A stretch of DNA of 63,745 nt, the filler included. It is 13 parts of 13 records of this genome, joined end to end, with 100 filler letters (N's around TTAATTAATTAA, not from the genome) between each part and the next. Parts side by side here need not be neighbours in the genome. Positions count along the whole stretch, not along the records: positions 43,136 to 47,632 come from SRR7504441_6038; positions 47,733 to 51,051 come from SRR7504441_6040; positions 51,152 to 54,554 come from SRR7504441_6045; positions 54,655 to 60,082 come from SRR7504441_6052; 9 more parts are not named here. The stretch is one strand, 5' to 3'. The notes beneath the pieces are model-generated. The model was not told the DNA's origin, ran no database searches, and worked only from the letters and a program-made list of their open reading frames with translations. Positions 44,480 through 54,662 of the stretch are shown here, in pieces. The first letter of the stretch is position 1. Every line of letters starts with the position of its first letter. A program made the position numbers and the translations under genes.

Positions 44480-45392
44480 TTAATTAAATAGCACCTCACC
44501 TGTTGCGTCGGGCGGTTTGTTGCGATTCCACAAGCTCATGCATCAACACCTGTGTCAAGTGAGATTGGACAGTTGTCAATAAATTCACTGTGCACCTCCA
44601 CTTGTCGCTCTAATCGTCGCTGCTTGGCAATGCTCTTCTCGAGCTTGACCTAGACTGAAATATGCAGCTAGTTTGCAAAAGCTGCCACCTTTAGCTGTCC
44701 ATTTTCGTGCTCAGCCTTAGCAACATCTTCTTTAAGCTGCCCCAAATCAATACTGAGGTACTTCCATCTTAGGCAATGCGCCTGCGTCAGCAGTGTGGAG
44801 AGTTGTAACTCAATCGAGTCTGCCGATTCTCTTTCCATCCCTTTACGCTGATCTTCGATATCAGTCTGCAGACCTGGATGGGGTGAATGCACAAATGCAC
44901 CAGAGCTCGGCACCTTCAACCACCTGCTGAAGCCGTTGCTCCCCCTGCTTTCGCTCGCGTTGCTCCCGTTTTAATCTCGTGGAGAGCTTTTCATGCTCCA
45001 TCTGCAGTTGAATCAGCTCAGGTCAATTCGGGAGAAGGGCCTGTGCGCTCTGTTGCAGGTCTAACACCATCTCTTGCAACGAATGTTCGCGCTGTGCCTT
45101 TGCCTACACCACCACCAGTCTCAAGTGTTGAATTAGATCAGCATTTGATGGACAATCACATCGAGCAGTTGATTTCGGCTCCAGCTTCTCAAAGCACACC
45201 TGCCAACTTAGTCAATCCCAGCCGATGACGCCCAGGACACCCGGCAGCAACCCAGCCGCAGTACCAGTGTTGAGCTCCCAATCTATTCAGCGCCATGAGA
45301 CGTGCCATCCGGAATTCTGCTTGTTCGCGACCCTGGCATCGCAGGTGAGCTACAAGCCGCTGGTAGGCGCTCAGCCCCCCAAACAAGCTCAT
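44480..45392 (-). CDS. Putative multi-exon coiled-coil protein; boundaries uncertain
   Basis: Minus-strand ORF pieces 45189..45440 and 44668..44919 with plausible GT-AG junctions. Confidence 0.3.
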
Positions 45393-45632
45393 GCTGCAGC
45401 TCGGTTGCGGCAGCAGAGCCTGCTGCTGCTGGGGGCCCACCGGCCCAGTCCAGATCCAACGGCATTTAACGGTACTGAAGTCTTGAGGAATGAATGCGGG
45501 TGCCGGTGCGCCGGTGTGTTATGCTAACTCAGGAGCGAGCCAGTACTCAGCTAATAGCAGCCTGCTACTACTTGACTGTTTTTTATTTAGTCTGGACACG
45601 GCTACCGTCGAAGTAATATATTAGTTCGTTGG

Positions 45633-46914
45633 TCAACGCGTGAGTGTCACGTCTGCTGTTACAGTCACTGCGCACACCGTCAGCATGTATAGGACCAACA
45701 GCCCAAAACTGAGCTGTGGGCCGGCCGCCAGCGTGTCTAGGCTCAAGTTGACTGCTCCGGTCATCAAGTTGGCCACAAGAAACATCAAAAGCCCAGAGTT
45801 GTTGGCTGCCCGGCTGATCGAGCCAACCGGCTGCTCAGCGCGCAGTCCAGGTGCGACCAGGCCGGCGGCGGCGAAGGCAGCCATGAAACTGAGGCTCAAA
45901 GCGCAGCACCAGAGCACATATTGCATGTTGACCATCCGGCGCGAGGGCGGCTCGCCCGCCTGCCCTCACTCAAGCCAGCGCCCAGTCAGCTCATACCTGG
46001 ACAGCCAGCACAAACAGACTCCAGAGCCCGACCGCCCAGCCAGCCAGCGCTTTCTCGGGCCGGTCTCGTCTGAGCAGCTGATGCCCCATCCCACGCGCGA
46101 TGTTGAAGAGCGCCAGGTAGCCAGGCATGCTGGCCAGCCCCTCCTTGTTCATCTCGATCAGCCCAGACCGGCCTGGTCCGAGCACCCACTCGCGCATCCC
46201 GCCGGCCAGCAGCGCCTGCTGCCCCGCCAGTAGCCCGACACCCATTGGGAGCGCGAGCTCGGGCGCCGTGAGCGGCCCTACAGCTGAGACCAGCCCGATC
46301 GTGAAGAAAAAGTTCCAGTGGACTCCGTACTCGGTCACGTGCTCCTGGTAGTCCACCCCCTTCACCGTGGCCAGCCGGGCCAGCCCGAGCAGCCCCATGG
46401 CCACCAGCGAGCGCGCCCGCCGCCCGGTAGAACTCCGCTGGGCGGCGAAGCCGGCGCTGAACACGAAAGCCCCGACCCCGATGTCCATCAGCCCGGTGCC
46501 GAAGCTCTCGGTCTTGGCGAACCGGCGCGGGAAGCAGTGGAAGTCCACCGCCAGGATTGCCAAGCAGGTAGACAGCATCGTCCAGCTCCGAAACTCGCCA
46601 AACCAGCGCGGCCGGCCGGCCAGGCTGGGCCGCAGCCCCGGCTGGGTGCCGGCGCGACCGGCTAGTAGCACCGTGCAGAGCGCGAGCACTGGTATGGCCG
46701 GCGATTCGGGCGCGGTGAAGGCGATCACCATCGGGAGAACGCACAGCGCGAACTCGGCGGCGCATCTGGGGATCAGCCGGCGGGGGAGGGCGGGGGCCAG
46801 GATCGCGTGGAGCAGGGCACTGACCGGGATCACCAGCAGCACCCAGTTCAGCTCGGTCGGCGTGGTCCCCACCAGCCCAGACACAAAGCTCTCCTTCTGC
46901 GCCTTACCCGACAT
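45633..46914 (-). CDS. PIGW: GPI inositol acyltransferase PIG-W/GWT1
   Basis: KESFVSGL.G, ILAVDF..FPRRFAKTE.FG..LMDIGVG.F, YQEHVTEYGVHWNFFFT, SRRMVN and FLVANLMTGAVN; one short intron. Confidence 0.95.
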
Positions 46915-46977
46915 GCAGTAAAAGTCCGTTGCTGGTCTTGACGAGACGCCTCATCAGGGCCAATCGCCGAATCAGGC

Positions 46978-47490
46978 ATGCTGCTGGCACTGGCGCTGGC
47001 GCTGGTCGGAGCGGGCGCGGAGCGGTTGGTGACACCTGAGAGTAAGTCGGCCGGCGGGTGCGGCGCGAGTGGCGGACAGATGTGCTGATAGAAGATCCGG
47101 CCGACAATCCGGTGCTGCTGGCCAAGTATGCGCGCGAGCAAGCCAAGCGGATGGCCCGCGAGGCGCATCGGCAGGACATGGCGCAGGTGGCCGACCGGCC
47201 GGGCCGGCGCAAGCATTTACAGGCGACCCGACCTTCGGGATCGGCCCGGCGGCTACTCCAGAACGTGACGGCTCGCCGACAGGCCACAACAACAGGCTCG
47301 GTGGCTTGGCAGCTGGGGGCGGGGAGCCTGACGAGCGGCAGGTGCACCGAGTCATCGCGGAGCTCGGGACCTTCGAAACTGGGGACATGCCCTGCCAGGA
47401 TCTTCTCACTCGGTGTGCGGCTTACGAAAGCATGGGGTGCCAGCCTCAGCGGGATATGGGACTGACTCAGGGCTGGACAGCTACTGCACC
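46978..47490 (+). CDS. Small secreted hypothetical protein; 3' end approximate
   Basis: Signal peptide MLLALALALVGAGA and a 38-nt GTAAGT..CAG intron leading into the VLIEDPADNPVLL frame. Confidence 0.4.
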
Positions 47491-48054
47491 AATGATACTA
47501 ATCATAAGTTCTACTGGTACATGTGGGCCAACTGCCCCCAGGTGACACACTCTGGTGCTGAGGCGATTGTGACGCTGAACTAGTTTGGCAAGTGCTCTGT
47601 AGCATTGCTGATCATTTGGGTTGGGCAGACATNNNNNNNNNNNNNNNNNNNNNNNNNNNNNNNNNNNNNNNNNNNNTTAATTAATTAANNNNNNNNNNNN
47701 NNNNNNNNNNNNNNNNNNNNNNNNNNNNNNNNAACTCTCGACGGGCCGCCCCGGCGCACCTGCGTTGGTCGGAACCGTCCGACTCAACCAGTCGGGCCCC
47801 GGAGACGGCGAGCGCCACGAGCACCAGCGCGATCATTCCCACCCGCTGGCCTCCGGACATGTACAAGTTTCCAAGTTTCTGTGAGCTCCGAAACCCGAAA
47901 CCCGGACTTATTATTGTGAGGATCGATCGGACAAAGCGAGAGCCAGGAGAAGAAGGGCGGGAAGAAGCGCGGCCGTCAAACCTAGAGTGCTAGTGGCCCC
48001 GCTTCTGCTCAAATTTTCCGAAATCTTAATATGAAATGCATCTTCATAATATAA

Positions 48055-49167
48055 TCAATTAAAACATTTGCGATGGACTACTCCCGGACCGTCGTCATTA
48101 TAATCTTGCCTACTCACCCACATAGCGTCGAAAGTCGCAAGGCTCGTTAAGATAGAGCCACCTTGCCACGCCGACCACTGCCGGTCGGCAGGAGCGACCA
48201 GCTTTAAATTGTCGGCCGGCCAGATATTGGCACTAGCAGCCTTCATCTCTGCGAGCAGCCGCTGCTCCATCCCACGGAACATGCTACTGCCTCCCGCCAG
48301 CACGAAATTCCTGCTAAAATCGAGCCGGACGTCGAGATCGGTTCCATTCAGCGTGTCCAGCGCCAGCCGCTGGATCGACTTCTCCGTGAAGGACGCTTCC
48401 GAGAACATGAGTTCTGCACACTCAAACTGCGCTGATCCCACCAACAGCTCGCCATCCGGCATCTCGAACAGTCGCCACCCGCCCGCCTGCAGCACGCGCT
48501 GGGCAATCTTGTCCGCTAAGTGCCCAGGGAGCCGGCTCACAGTGCTACCGGCCGGGACATGCTGGCTCATCACAAACGCAAGCGCCATCCGCCGGCGGCT
48601 CTCAAACATCTGCCTCTCCGCGCACGGATCGGCTGCCACGTAGCAAAGCTGTTGCTTGACCTCTTTGAGCATCGCCGGCGCCGCGTCGGGCAGCAGCTCG
48701 CCCAAATGCTCGGTCAGCCGGCTGCCGGCAGTGGCGCCCCGAATGATCAGGTGCGGCAGGGTGTAGCCCTCATAGATTGCTACCGCCCAGGCTGCGTCAT
48801 GCCCGCAGTCCAGGATGATCCCCGTGGTGCGGCCGGCCGAGTACATCTGCAGCACCTGAGCACTGTTCAGGTAGAACCCTCCCGCCCCCAGATCCTCGAA
48901 CCAGAGCTGGCACGCGCGCTCGCGCTCCTCACGCGGGCTCAGCGCCGGCTCAGCCAGCAGCACATGCGGCCCCGGGTGCTGCTCAGCCTCCGGTCTGAAC
49001 TCGCCCAGCACCTCTCGCCACAGCTGTTCCATCCGCTCGTGCGGCTGGGCGCCGAGCTGCGAGGGCGTGCACAGCTGGGGCGCCTCCTTGCCTGCGAGCC
49101 CGGCTTTGGTGGTGTCGCTGCCGGTGTCCACCACCAACGGTGCGGAGGAGTCATCGTCGCTGTCCAT
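48055..49167 (-). CDS. Divergent actin-related protein, intronless
   Basis: LVVDTGS..TKAG, VLLAEP, YSAGRTTGIILDCG, IYEGY, VLAGGSSMF, SAWQGGSIL and GPGVVHRKCF. Confidence 0.92.
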   Translation of the reverse strand: MDSDDDSSAPLVVDTGSDTTKAGLAGKEAPQLCTPSQLGAQPHERMEQLWREVLGEFRPEAEQHPGPHVLLAEPALSPREERERACQLWFEDLGAGGFYLNSAQVLQMYSAGRTTGIILDCGHDAAWAVAIYEGYTLPHLIIRGATAGSRLTEHLGELLPDAAPAMLKEVKQQLCYVAADPCAERQMFESRRRMALAFVMSQHVPAGSTVSRLPGHLADKIAQRVLQAGGWRLFEMPDGELLVGSAQFECAELMFSEASFTEKSIQRLALDTLNGTDLDVRLDFSRNFVLAGGSSMFRGMEQRLLAEMKAASANIWPADNLKLVAPADRQWSAWQGGSILTSLATFDAMWVSRQDYNDDGPGVVHRKCFN

Positions 49168-49270
49168 CCGATGGCCGGTTCAACGGTATTTTAGCACATT
49201 TGTGTGGCAAGTCATCGTCGTCCATCCGCTGGTTCTAACAGTATTTTAGCGAGACATTTGTGCCAAGTCA
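49150..49270. repeat. Imperfect ~60-bp tandem duplication spanning the actin-like start codon and promoter
   Basis: GTCATCGTCG(CTG)TCCATCCG...GTATTTTAGC...ACATTTGTG...CAAGTC occurs twice. Confidence 0.75.
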
Positions 49271-49385
49271 AGGAAGGGGGACCTAGCTACAATAGACCTA
49301 CAAGTACAATCGTGTAGCGCTGGCAGCTACAGTACAATCGTGTAGCGCAGGCGCATAACCGGATCCGCTTTTAACCAAGACGAGT

Positions 49386-50960
49386 TTAGAGCAGCTCGGC
49401 GTGCTCAGTTTCATCAGTTTCTTGGACAGGCTCGTGCTCAAACTGCACGTCCGGATCGCCGGAATTATCCTTTGGTCTCTCGAGGAAGACTCCGACTGCT
49501 TCTTGAGCACTGGGCGCCGGCTCGATCTCCGGCTGGATACCTGCGCCAAACAAGGCCTCCATGCTCTCCAGAGGTACCCCTTTGGTTTCAGGCAGCCCCA
49601 GGACAAAGAGGATCGCCAGGACGCACATCAGACTAAACAAAAAGTAGGTGCTGAATCCAAACTGGCGCATAGCTGCCGGGAAGAAAAGGCCGAGCAGCGC
49701 GTTGGAACCCCAATTAGCGTAAGCTGCCAGCACCATTCCTCGAGTGCGGTGCCGGAGCGGAAATATCTCCGACGGAATCAGCCAGCCAACTGGGCCCCAG
49801 GTGGCAGCAAATCCAGCAAGGTACACTACAAAGCACATGATGCACAGCCCGCCCCAGCCCCGGCTGTCCAGCTCCCAGTCGCCGTGGTCATCTCGGTGCC
49901 CATTATTCAGTCCAACCAGTCCTATCGTGAGCATCGTCAGCAGCATCAGCCCACTCCCAATCAACAGCAGCCGCCTTCTCCCCACAGTGTCCACAAACAC
50001 CACAGACAAAAACGTAAATCCAAAATTACACGTCTGCACCAGCCCTGTGAACAGGTTGCCGTCGTAGCCAAACCCCGCAACTACCATCGGCCCAAAGTAC
50101 ATGATGCAGTTGATCCCCTGCACCTGCTGGAATAGCTGAACCAAAAACCCTGCCGCTGCAATCCGCCGCATCGGCACAGTCCCAAATAGCGCAGCGCAGT
50201 CCGCCTCCGGCTCGGCTTTCTCTGATCTCAATTCGCTCTTGATCCACTCCAGCTCAGCCGCCACCTGCTCGTGCCGCGCCGACCCACGCAGCGTGAGCAG
50301 CGCGGCCCTGGCCTCCGGCTCCCGCCCGCTGCCGATCAGCCAGCGTGGCGAACGTGGGCACCACTGCAGCCCGATACAGAGCACCAGCGAGGGGAGCGCC
50401 GAGAGGTAGAAGCAGAGCCGCCAGTTTGTGAGCAGCCCGGTGGTCCGCAGCGGCTTGAGCGCCCAGGCCAGCCAATACACCAGCATGATGCTTCCACCGA
50501 TCGCCGTCTGCTGCAATGACACCAGCCCTCCCCGCCGATCGGCCGGGGCCAGCTCGCTAACGTACACGGGCACCACCGTCGCACAGGCCGCAATGCACCC
50601 GCCCGAAAGCACCCGTCCTGTGAACATGCCCGCGAAGCCGTCGCTCGCGCCCTGCCAGATCGCCAGCAGGCTGAACAGCCCAGCCGCCACCCCAATCGTG
50701 TCCCGGCGGCCCCAGCGCTCGGCGGCGGGACCGGCCAGCCCGCAGAACAGCAGGGCCCCGATATTCATTCCTGCGGCGATCAGCCCGAACTCCCACACGG
50801 ACCGGCGGACAAATCTCTCCTCGAAGTCGCCCATCTGGATCACCGAGCCCACCAGCCCGATGTCCAGGCCGAACAGCCCCCCGCCCAGCACTGCCAGGCA
50901 CACCACCGCCCCCAGCCGCCCCGGAACCTCGGCCGGCATGCCCTCCTCGTCCTGGGGCAC
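49386..50960 (-). CDS. MFS sugar porter (start uncertain)
   Basis: GGLFGLDIG, ERWGRR, YVSELAP...RG, PRSPRWL, QLFQQVQGIN, DTVGRR, WGPVGW...SEIFP and PETKG. Confidence 0.93.
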   Translation of the reverse strand: MPQDEEGMPAEVPGRLGAVVCLAVLGGGLFGLDIGLVGSVIQMGDFEERFVRRSVWEFGLIAAGMNIGALLFCGLAGPAAERWGRRDTIGVAAGLFSLLAIWQGASDGFAGMFTGRVLSGGCIAACATVVPVYVSELAPADRRGGLVSLQQTAIGGSIMLVYWLAWALKPLRTTGLLTNWRLCFYLSALPSLVLCIGLQWCPRSPRWLIGSGREPEARAALLTLRGSARHEQVAAELEWIKSELRSEKAEPEADCAALFGTVPMRRIAAAGFLVQLFQQVQGINCIMYFGPMVVAGFGYDGNLFTGLVQTCNFGFTFLSVVFVDTVGRRRLLLIGSGLMLLTMLTIGLVGLNNGHRDDHGDWELDSRGWGGLCIMCFVVYLAGFAATWGPVGWLIPSEIFPLRHRTRGMVLAAYANWGSNALLGLFFPAAMRQFGFSTYFLFSLMCVLAILFVLGLPETKGVPLESMEALFGAGIQPEIEPAPSAQEAVGVFLERPKDNSGDPDVQFEHEPVQETDETEHAELL

Positions 50961-51151
50961 ACTGCCGTAGCGCCCACGCTTGCCCGCCAGCCTTCTGGCA
51001 ATCTGGCTCCCCGCGGCCGGATGCGATGATGATGCCGTTCACGGTTGGGCGNNNNNNNNNNNNNNNNNNNNNNNNNNNNNNNNNNNNNNNNNNNNTTAAT
51101 TAATTAANNNNNNNNNNNNNNNNNNNNNNNNNNNNNNNNNNNNNNNNNNNN

Positions 51152-52255
51152 AACGCGTGCGCAGCTGCCGGGAGTTGCTTCAGTCATTTTGTCACTGTCG
51201 GTAACTCGCAAATGCTGATGAAGCTCGCGCCTCAAGTCAACTGGTTCGGGAGCTTTGCGGTGGCACTGCTCACAGCGGCAGCGGCAGTGATCGGGCCATC
51301 GCCAATCAAGTACCTGCCTCGGTGCATCACGGGTCTCGTGCCTTTTGCGCTCGGTGTTGTGCTGGCTGAGCGGTACCTGGGCCGAGAGGCCTACAGTAGC
51401 ACGCCGCTTCTCGAGTTTCTGAATATGTGGGCGATCGCGCTGATGATGGCCGTGTGGGGGTTCCTGCAGGGGCTCGGGGTGGGGCTTTGCCTGGCCTTCT
51501 TCATCGTGGTCTACAGCCTCAGCCGCGCCACCTGCGGGTATATTGTGCCGAACGCTCTTCGGTTCCAGAGCTCAACGGCACAGCGAGACCACAGCCCAGC
51601 GGCGTTGAGCCTGCTACGAAGCTTGCAGGACCATGTGGCCTTGATCCGGCCGCACGGAATCATATTCTTTGGGTCGGTGACCACGTACCAGGAGTCGTTC
51701 GACTCTCTGGTGGCTCGCAAGGAGGTGGATGTAGTCATCCTGGATCTGAGGCACGTCACTTACATCGACTCGTCCGGAGTGAATCTGCTGCAAGCCATGC
51801 GCTCACGGGCGTTGCACCACCATGTGCTTTTCTTAATGTGCGACGGCGACGGCGACCCTGAGACTGAGGACACGGAGCTGCCAGAGCAGTTGGACGACCC
51901 CGAGGGCCTGATTGGCAGCCCGGCCAAGCATCCCAACAGGCTGGGCGGGGCTGGCCGACCGCAGGGGCTGCTCCCCGGAGTCCGGGAGGCGGCCCAGGCG
52001 CTCTCGGAGTCGGAGGTTGAGGGACTGAAGGAGCGCTGGAGTTTGCTGGGCGAACCAGAGGATGTGCAAACGGCCAGGATCAAACACCTGACCCGTAACC
52101 CAGCCCAACAGACGCTGCCTGGATGTAGAGATAAGGACCTGGATCTGCCGCTGTACCTGTGCACGCTGGACGCAGCGCTAGCCACAGCCGAGACATTTCT
52201 GGTCGATTTGCACGAGGCAGGCGCTTTCATCGATGGCAGTTTCGTCAGTAATTGA
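51152..52255 (+). CDS. SulP/SLC26-type anion transporter C-terminus with STAS domain (5'-partial)
   Basis: TM segments (GLGVGLCLA) followed by STAS: GIIFFGS...VVILDLRHVTYIDSSG. Confidence 0.8.
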   Translation, partial: NACAAAGSCFSHFVTVGNSQMLMKLAPQVNWFGSFAVALLTAAAAVIGPSPIKYLPRCITGLVPFALGVVLAERYLGREAYSSTPLLEFLNMWAIALMMAVWGFLQGLGVGLCLAFFIVVYSLSRATCGYIVPNALRFQSSTAQRDHSPAALSLLRSLQDHVALIRPHGIIFFGSVTTYQESFDSLVARKEVDVVILDLRHVTYIDSSGVNLLQAMRSRALHHHVLFLMCDGDGDPETEDTELPEQLDDPEGLIGSPAKHPNRLGGAGRPQGLLPGVREAAQALSESEVEGLKERWSLLGEPEDVQTARIKHLTRNPAQQTLPGCRDKDLDLPLYLCTLDAALATAETFLVDLHEAGAFIDGSFVSN

Positions 52256-52383
52256 TATCGCTTTACGTACTATGGGTTTCTAAGTTGTACACGATTGTAC
52301 AGTATGCTCACTTATTGGGCATTTTAATGATTTTGATAAACACACTTATTAGAGATTGACATATAATTATTTTAAAATAAATC

Positions 52384-53400
52384 TCACTGCAACGGGAGCC
52401 CCAGCTGCGTGGCCACGAACGGCAGCGCGATCTCGTCCATCAGCTGCCCGTAGCCCTGCGTGCCCGCCTTGCACCCGCAGGCGCCCTTCCCGTCGTAGCA
52501 CCAGGCGCCGTGGGCGCAACCCTCGAGCACGTGCAGCTCGTACGGCACCCCAGTCTTGTTGTACTCCGCCTGGACATTGTACGCGTGCTGGATCGGGATG
52601 GTGGGGTCCTTGTCGCCGTGGAACTCGATGATGGGCGCGTTCAGTGTCGAGTAGCGCGTGCGCTTGCGCGGGTCATGGTCCTGGACGAGCAGGTTTTCGC
52701 CGTCCGAGCTCCAGTGCGCCACCACGCAGGCCACGGCCGAGTCCTGGTCCAGGTGCGTGGACGGCAGCGTGCGGTCCCGGGTGGCGTTCATTTCCCGCCC
52801 GTAGTCGCCTTCAAAGGTGACGCCCGCGGCGACGCTGTTGGTCGCGCCCGCGCTGCCGCCGGAGACCACGACCTTGGACGGGTCGATGCCGTACCGTTCT
52901 GCGTTGGCCTTGACGAACCGGATCGCCGCCTTCAGGTCGCGGACGGCCGGGTAGCCGGACTGCCAGTTCGGGTTCCATAGCGGCGACGACAGTTGCCGGT
53001 AGGGCGGGATTACCCCGTGCTGCCCGGCGAGCCGGTAGTCGATGTTGAAGCTGACGAAGCCGCGGGCCGCGTAGAAGAGGGCGGCGCCCTGGACGCAGAA
53101 CTGCTCCTTGGTCCCGCCCACGTTGCCACCCCCGTGGCTGAGGATGTAGGCCGGCTTGCCCGCGGGCGGCACGGGTGTGGACCCGTTCCGGACCGGCGAA
53201 TAGACGTCGAGGAGCAGCGGCACGGGCGTGCAGGCGGCCGGATCGGCGTTGGGCGCGGGGCAGGCGAGGCCCTGGGCGTAGGTGACGTTGGCGGTCTTGG
53301 CGACGCCGAATGTGGGGTCGCGGTACAGCGGCGAAGGGGCCGCCGCCGCCGTCGGCAGCAGCAGCAGCAGAAGCAGTGCGGGTAGCCGCCCCAGCCGCAT
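52384..53400 (-). CDS. Secreted alpha/beta hydrolase (esterase), intronless
   Basis: Signal peptide, LLLDVY.P, HGGG, IDYRL, GGSAG nucleophile elbow, FHGDKD and GCAHG. Confidence 0.88.
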   Translation of the reverse strand: MRLGRLPALLLLLLLPTAAAAPSPLYRDPTFGVAKTANVTYAQGLACPAPNADPAACTPVPLLLDVYSPVRNGSTPVPPAGKPAYILSHGGGNVGGTKEQFCVQGAALFYAARGFVSFNIDYRLAGQHGVIPPYRQLSSPLWNPNWQSGYPAVRDLKAAIRFVKANAERYGIDPSKVVVSGGSAGATNSVAAGVTFEGDYGREMNATRDRTLPSTHLDQDSAVACVVAHWSSDGENLLVQDHDPRKRTRYSTLNAPIIEFHGDKDPTIPIQHAYNVQAEYNKTGVPYELHVLEGCAHGAWCYDGKGACGCKAGTQGYGQLMDEIALPFVATQLGLPLQ

Positions 53401-53730
53401 CCAGCCAGTTTTATCCGAGCTCGAGCCGTTAGAGTGGGCTTCGGTCTACTTACAGTCAGCATTCTTGCAATCGAAGAAGAACCCAAAGAATCGAAGATCG
53501 ATTTGAACAATTTTAAGTATCGCGCACCTACATGATATAGCAATATAATAAACGCGGCTGTGCATTGCATGCGCGAAAGCCTCCACGATGACCGTCTACC
53601 ATGCACACCCCAAAATCACGGCGAGAATGGAAGGTGGCGATGACCGGGCGGCGGGCAATTGCACGGCTATTCACGCAAGTCGCGGTTGGCAGCTGCGTCC
53701 CACCGGCTGAGCTGGGTGAGCCTGGGTGCC

Positions 53731-54465
53731 CTATTTGGCGGCAAGCTGCGCCTGTCTCCAATCGACAAAATCGTCCATCAGGCAGGGCCAGGCGGCGGCC
53801 GGGTCGTATTTTGTGAGCTCGGGGTCCATCTGGTGCAGGAAGTCGAGCAGCACGCTCCACTGATCCTGTGTGATGAACTTGATCCCGCCTTTCGTCTCAG
53901 CCTGCGCCACAAACTCCAGGAACTTCTGGAGCAGCGGGAACTCGGCCACCGAGATCACCACCGGGAGCGTCTGCAGCGCCATCTCGGTGGTTACGTGCTT
54001 CTTGATCCCGTCCCGCAAGTGCCGGAATACAAACGCGTAAAACTCCTTAAACTGTGTCGGGTCGTGCTTGAAGACCCCGCCGAAGAGCGTGAGGTGGGCA
54101 CGGAGCTTGGCCACGCTGTCCACCTCCACCCGGGCCAGCGCCAGCTCGAACTCGGCCCGGGCGAGCCCGGCGTCGTCCTCCCACCCGAGCAGAAAGGCCA
54201 GGTGGAGCCCGCCCACGTCCTGCTCCTCGATGCCCAGCTCCTCCATCAGGCCCATCAACCCCATCACGTCCACCCGCAGCTTGTCGTCCTCGCTGATGTA
54301 TCTATCGCACAGGGCGGTCAGCCGCTCCCGGTTGTACGGCCTCTTGTCGACCCCGGTTGTCTGGTGGTTCAAATCCACCGCCCCCGCCGGCGACACCGCC
54401 TGCCGCTTGGAGCCGCCGGCCCTCTTCTTCTTGTCAGTGGTCGCCCGCTTGCGTTTGGTCGTCAT
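53731..54465 (-). CDS. DCN1-like cullin neddylation E3 (PONY domain)
   Basis: FKEFYAFVF, ITQDQW..LLDF and YDPAAAWPCLMDDFV; N-terminal basic NLS. Confidence 0.88.
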   Translation of the reverse strand: MTTKRKRATTDKKKRAGGSKRQAVSPAGAVDLNHQTTGVDKRPYNRERLTALCDRYISEDDKLRVDVMGLMGLMEELGIEEQDVGGLHLAFLLGWEDDAGLARAEFELALARVEVDSVAKLRAHLTLFGGVFKHDPTQFKEFYAFVFRHLRDGIKKHVTTEMALQTLPVVISVAEFPLLQKFLEFVAQAETKGGIKFITQDQWSVLLDFLHQMDPELTKYDPAAAWPCLMDDFVDWRQAQLAAK

Positions 54466-54662
54466 CGCCCCGCAGTTGCCCGGCCCCGCGTCTCCGCTTT
54501 GGACGGCCGAGTAGCTCGCTTTGCTCTGTGATGTGCTGCCGAAGCCCGAGCCCCNNNNNNNNNNNNNNNNNNNNNNNNNNNNNNNNNNNNNNNNNNNNTT
54601 AATTAATTAANNNNNNNNNNNNNNNNNNNNNNNNNNNNNNNNNNNNNNNNNNNNAGGCAGCG

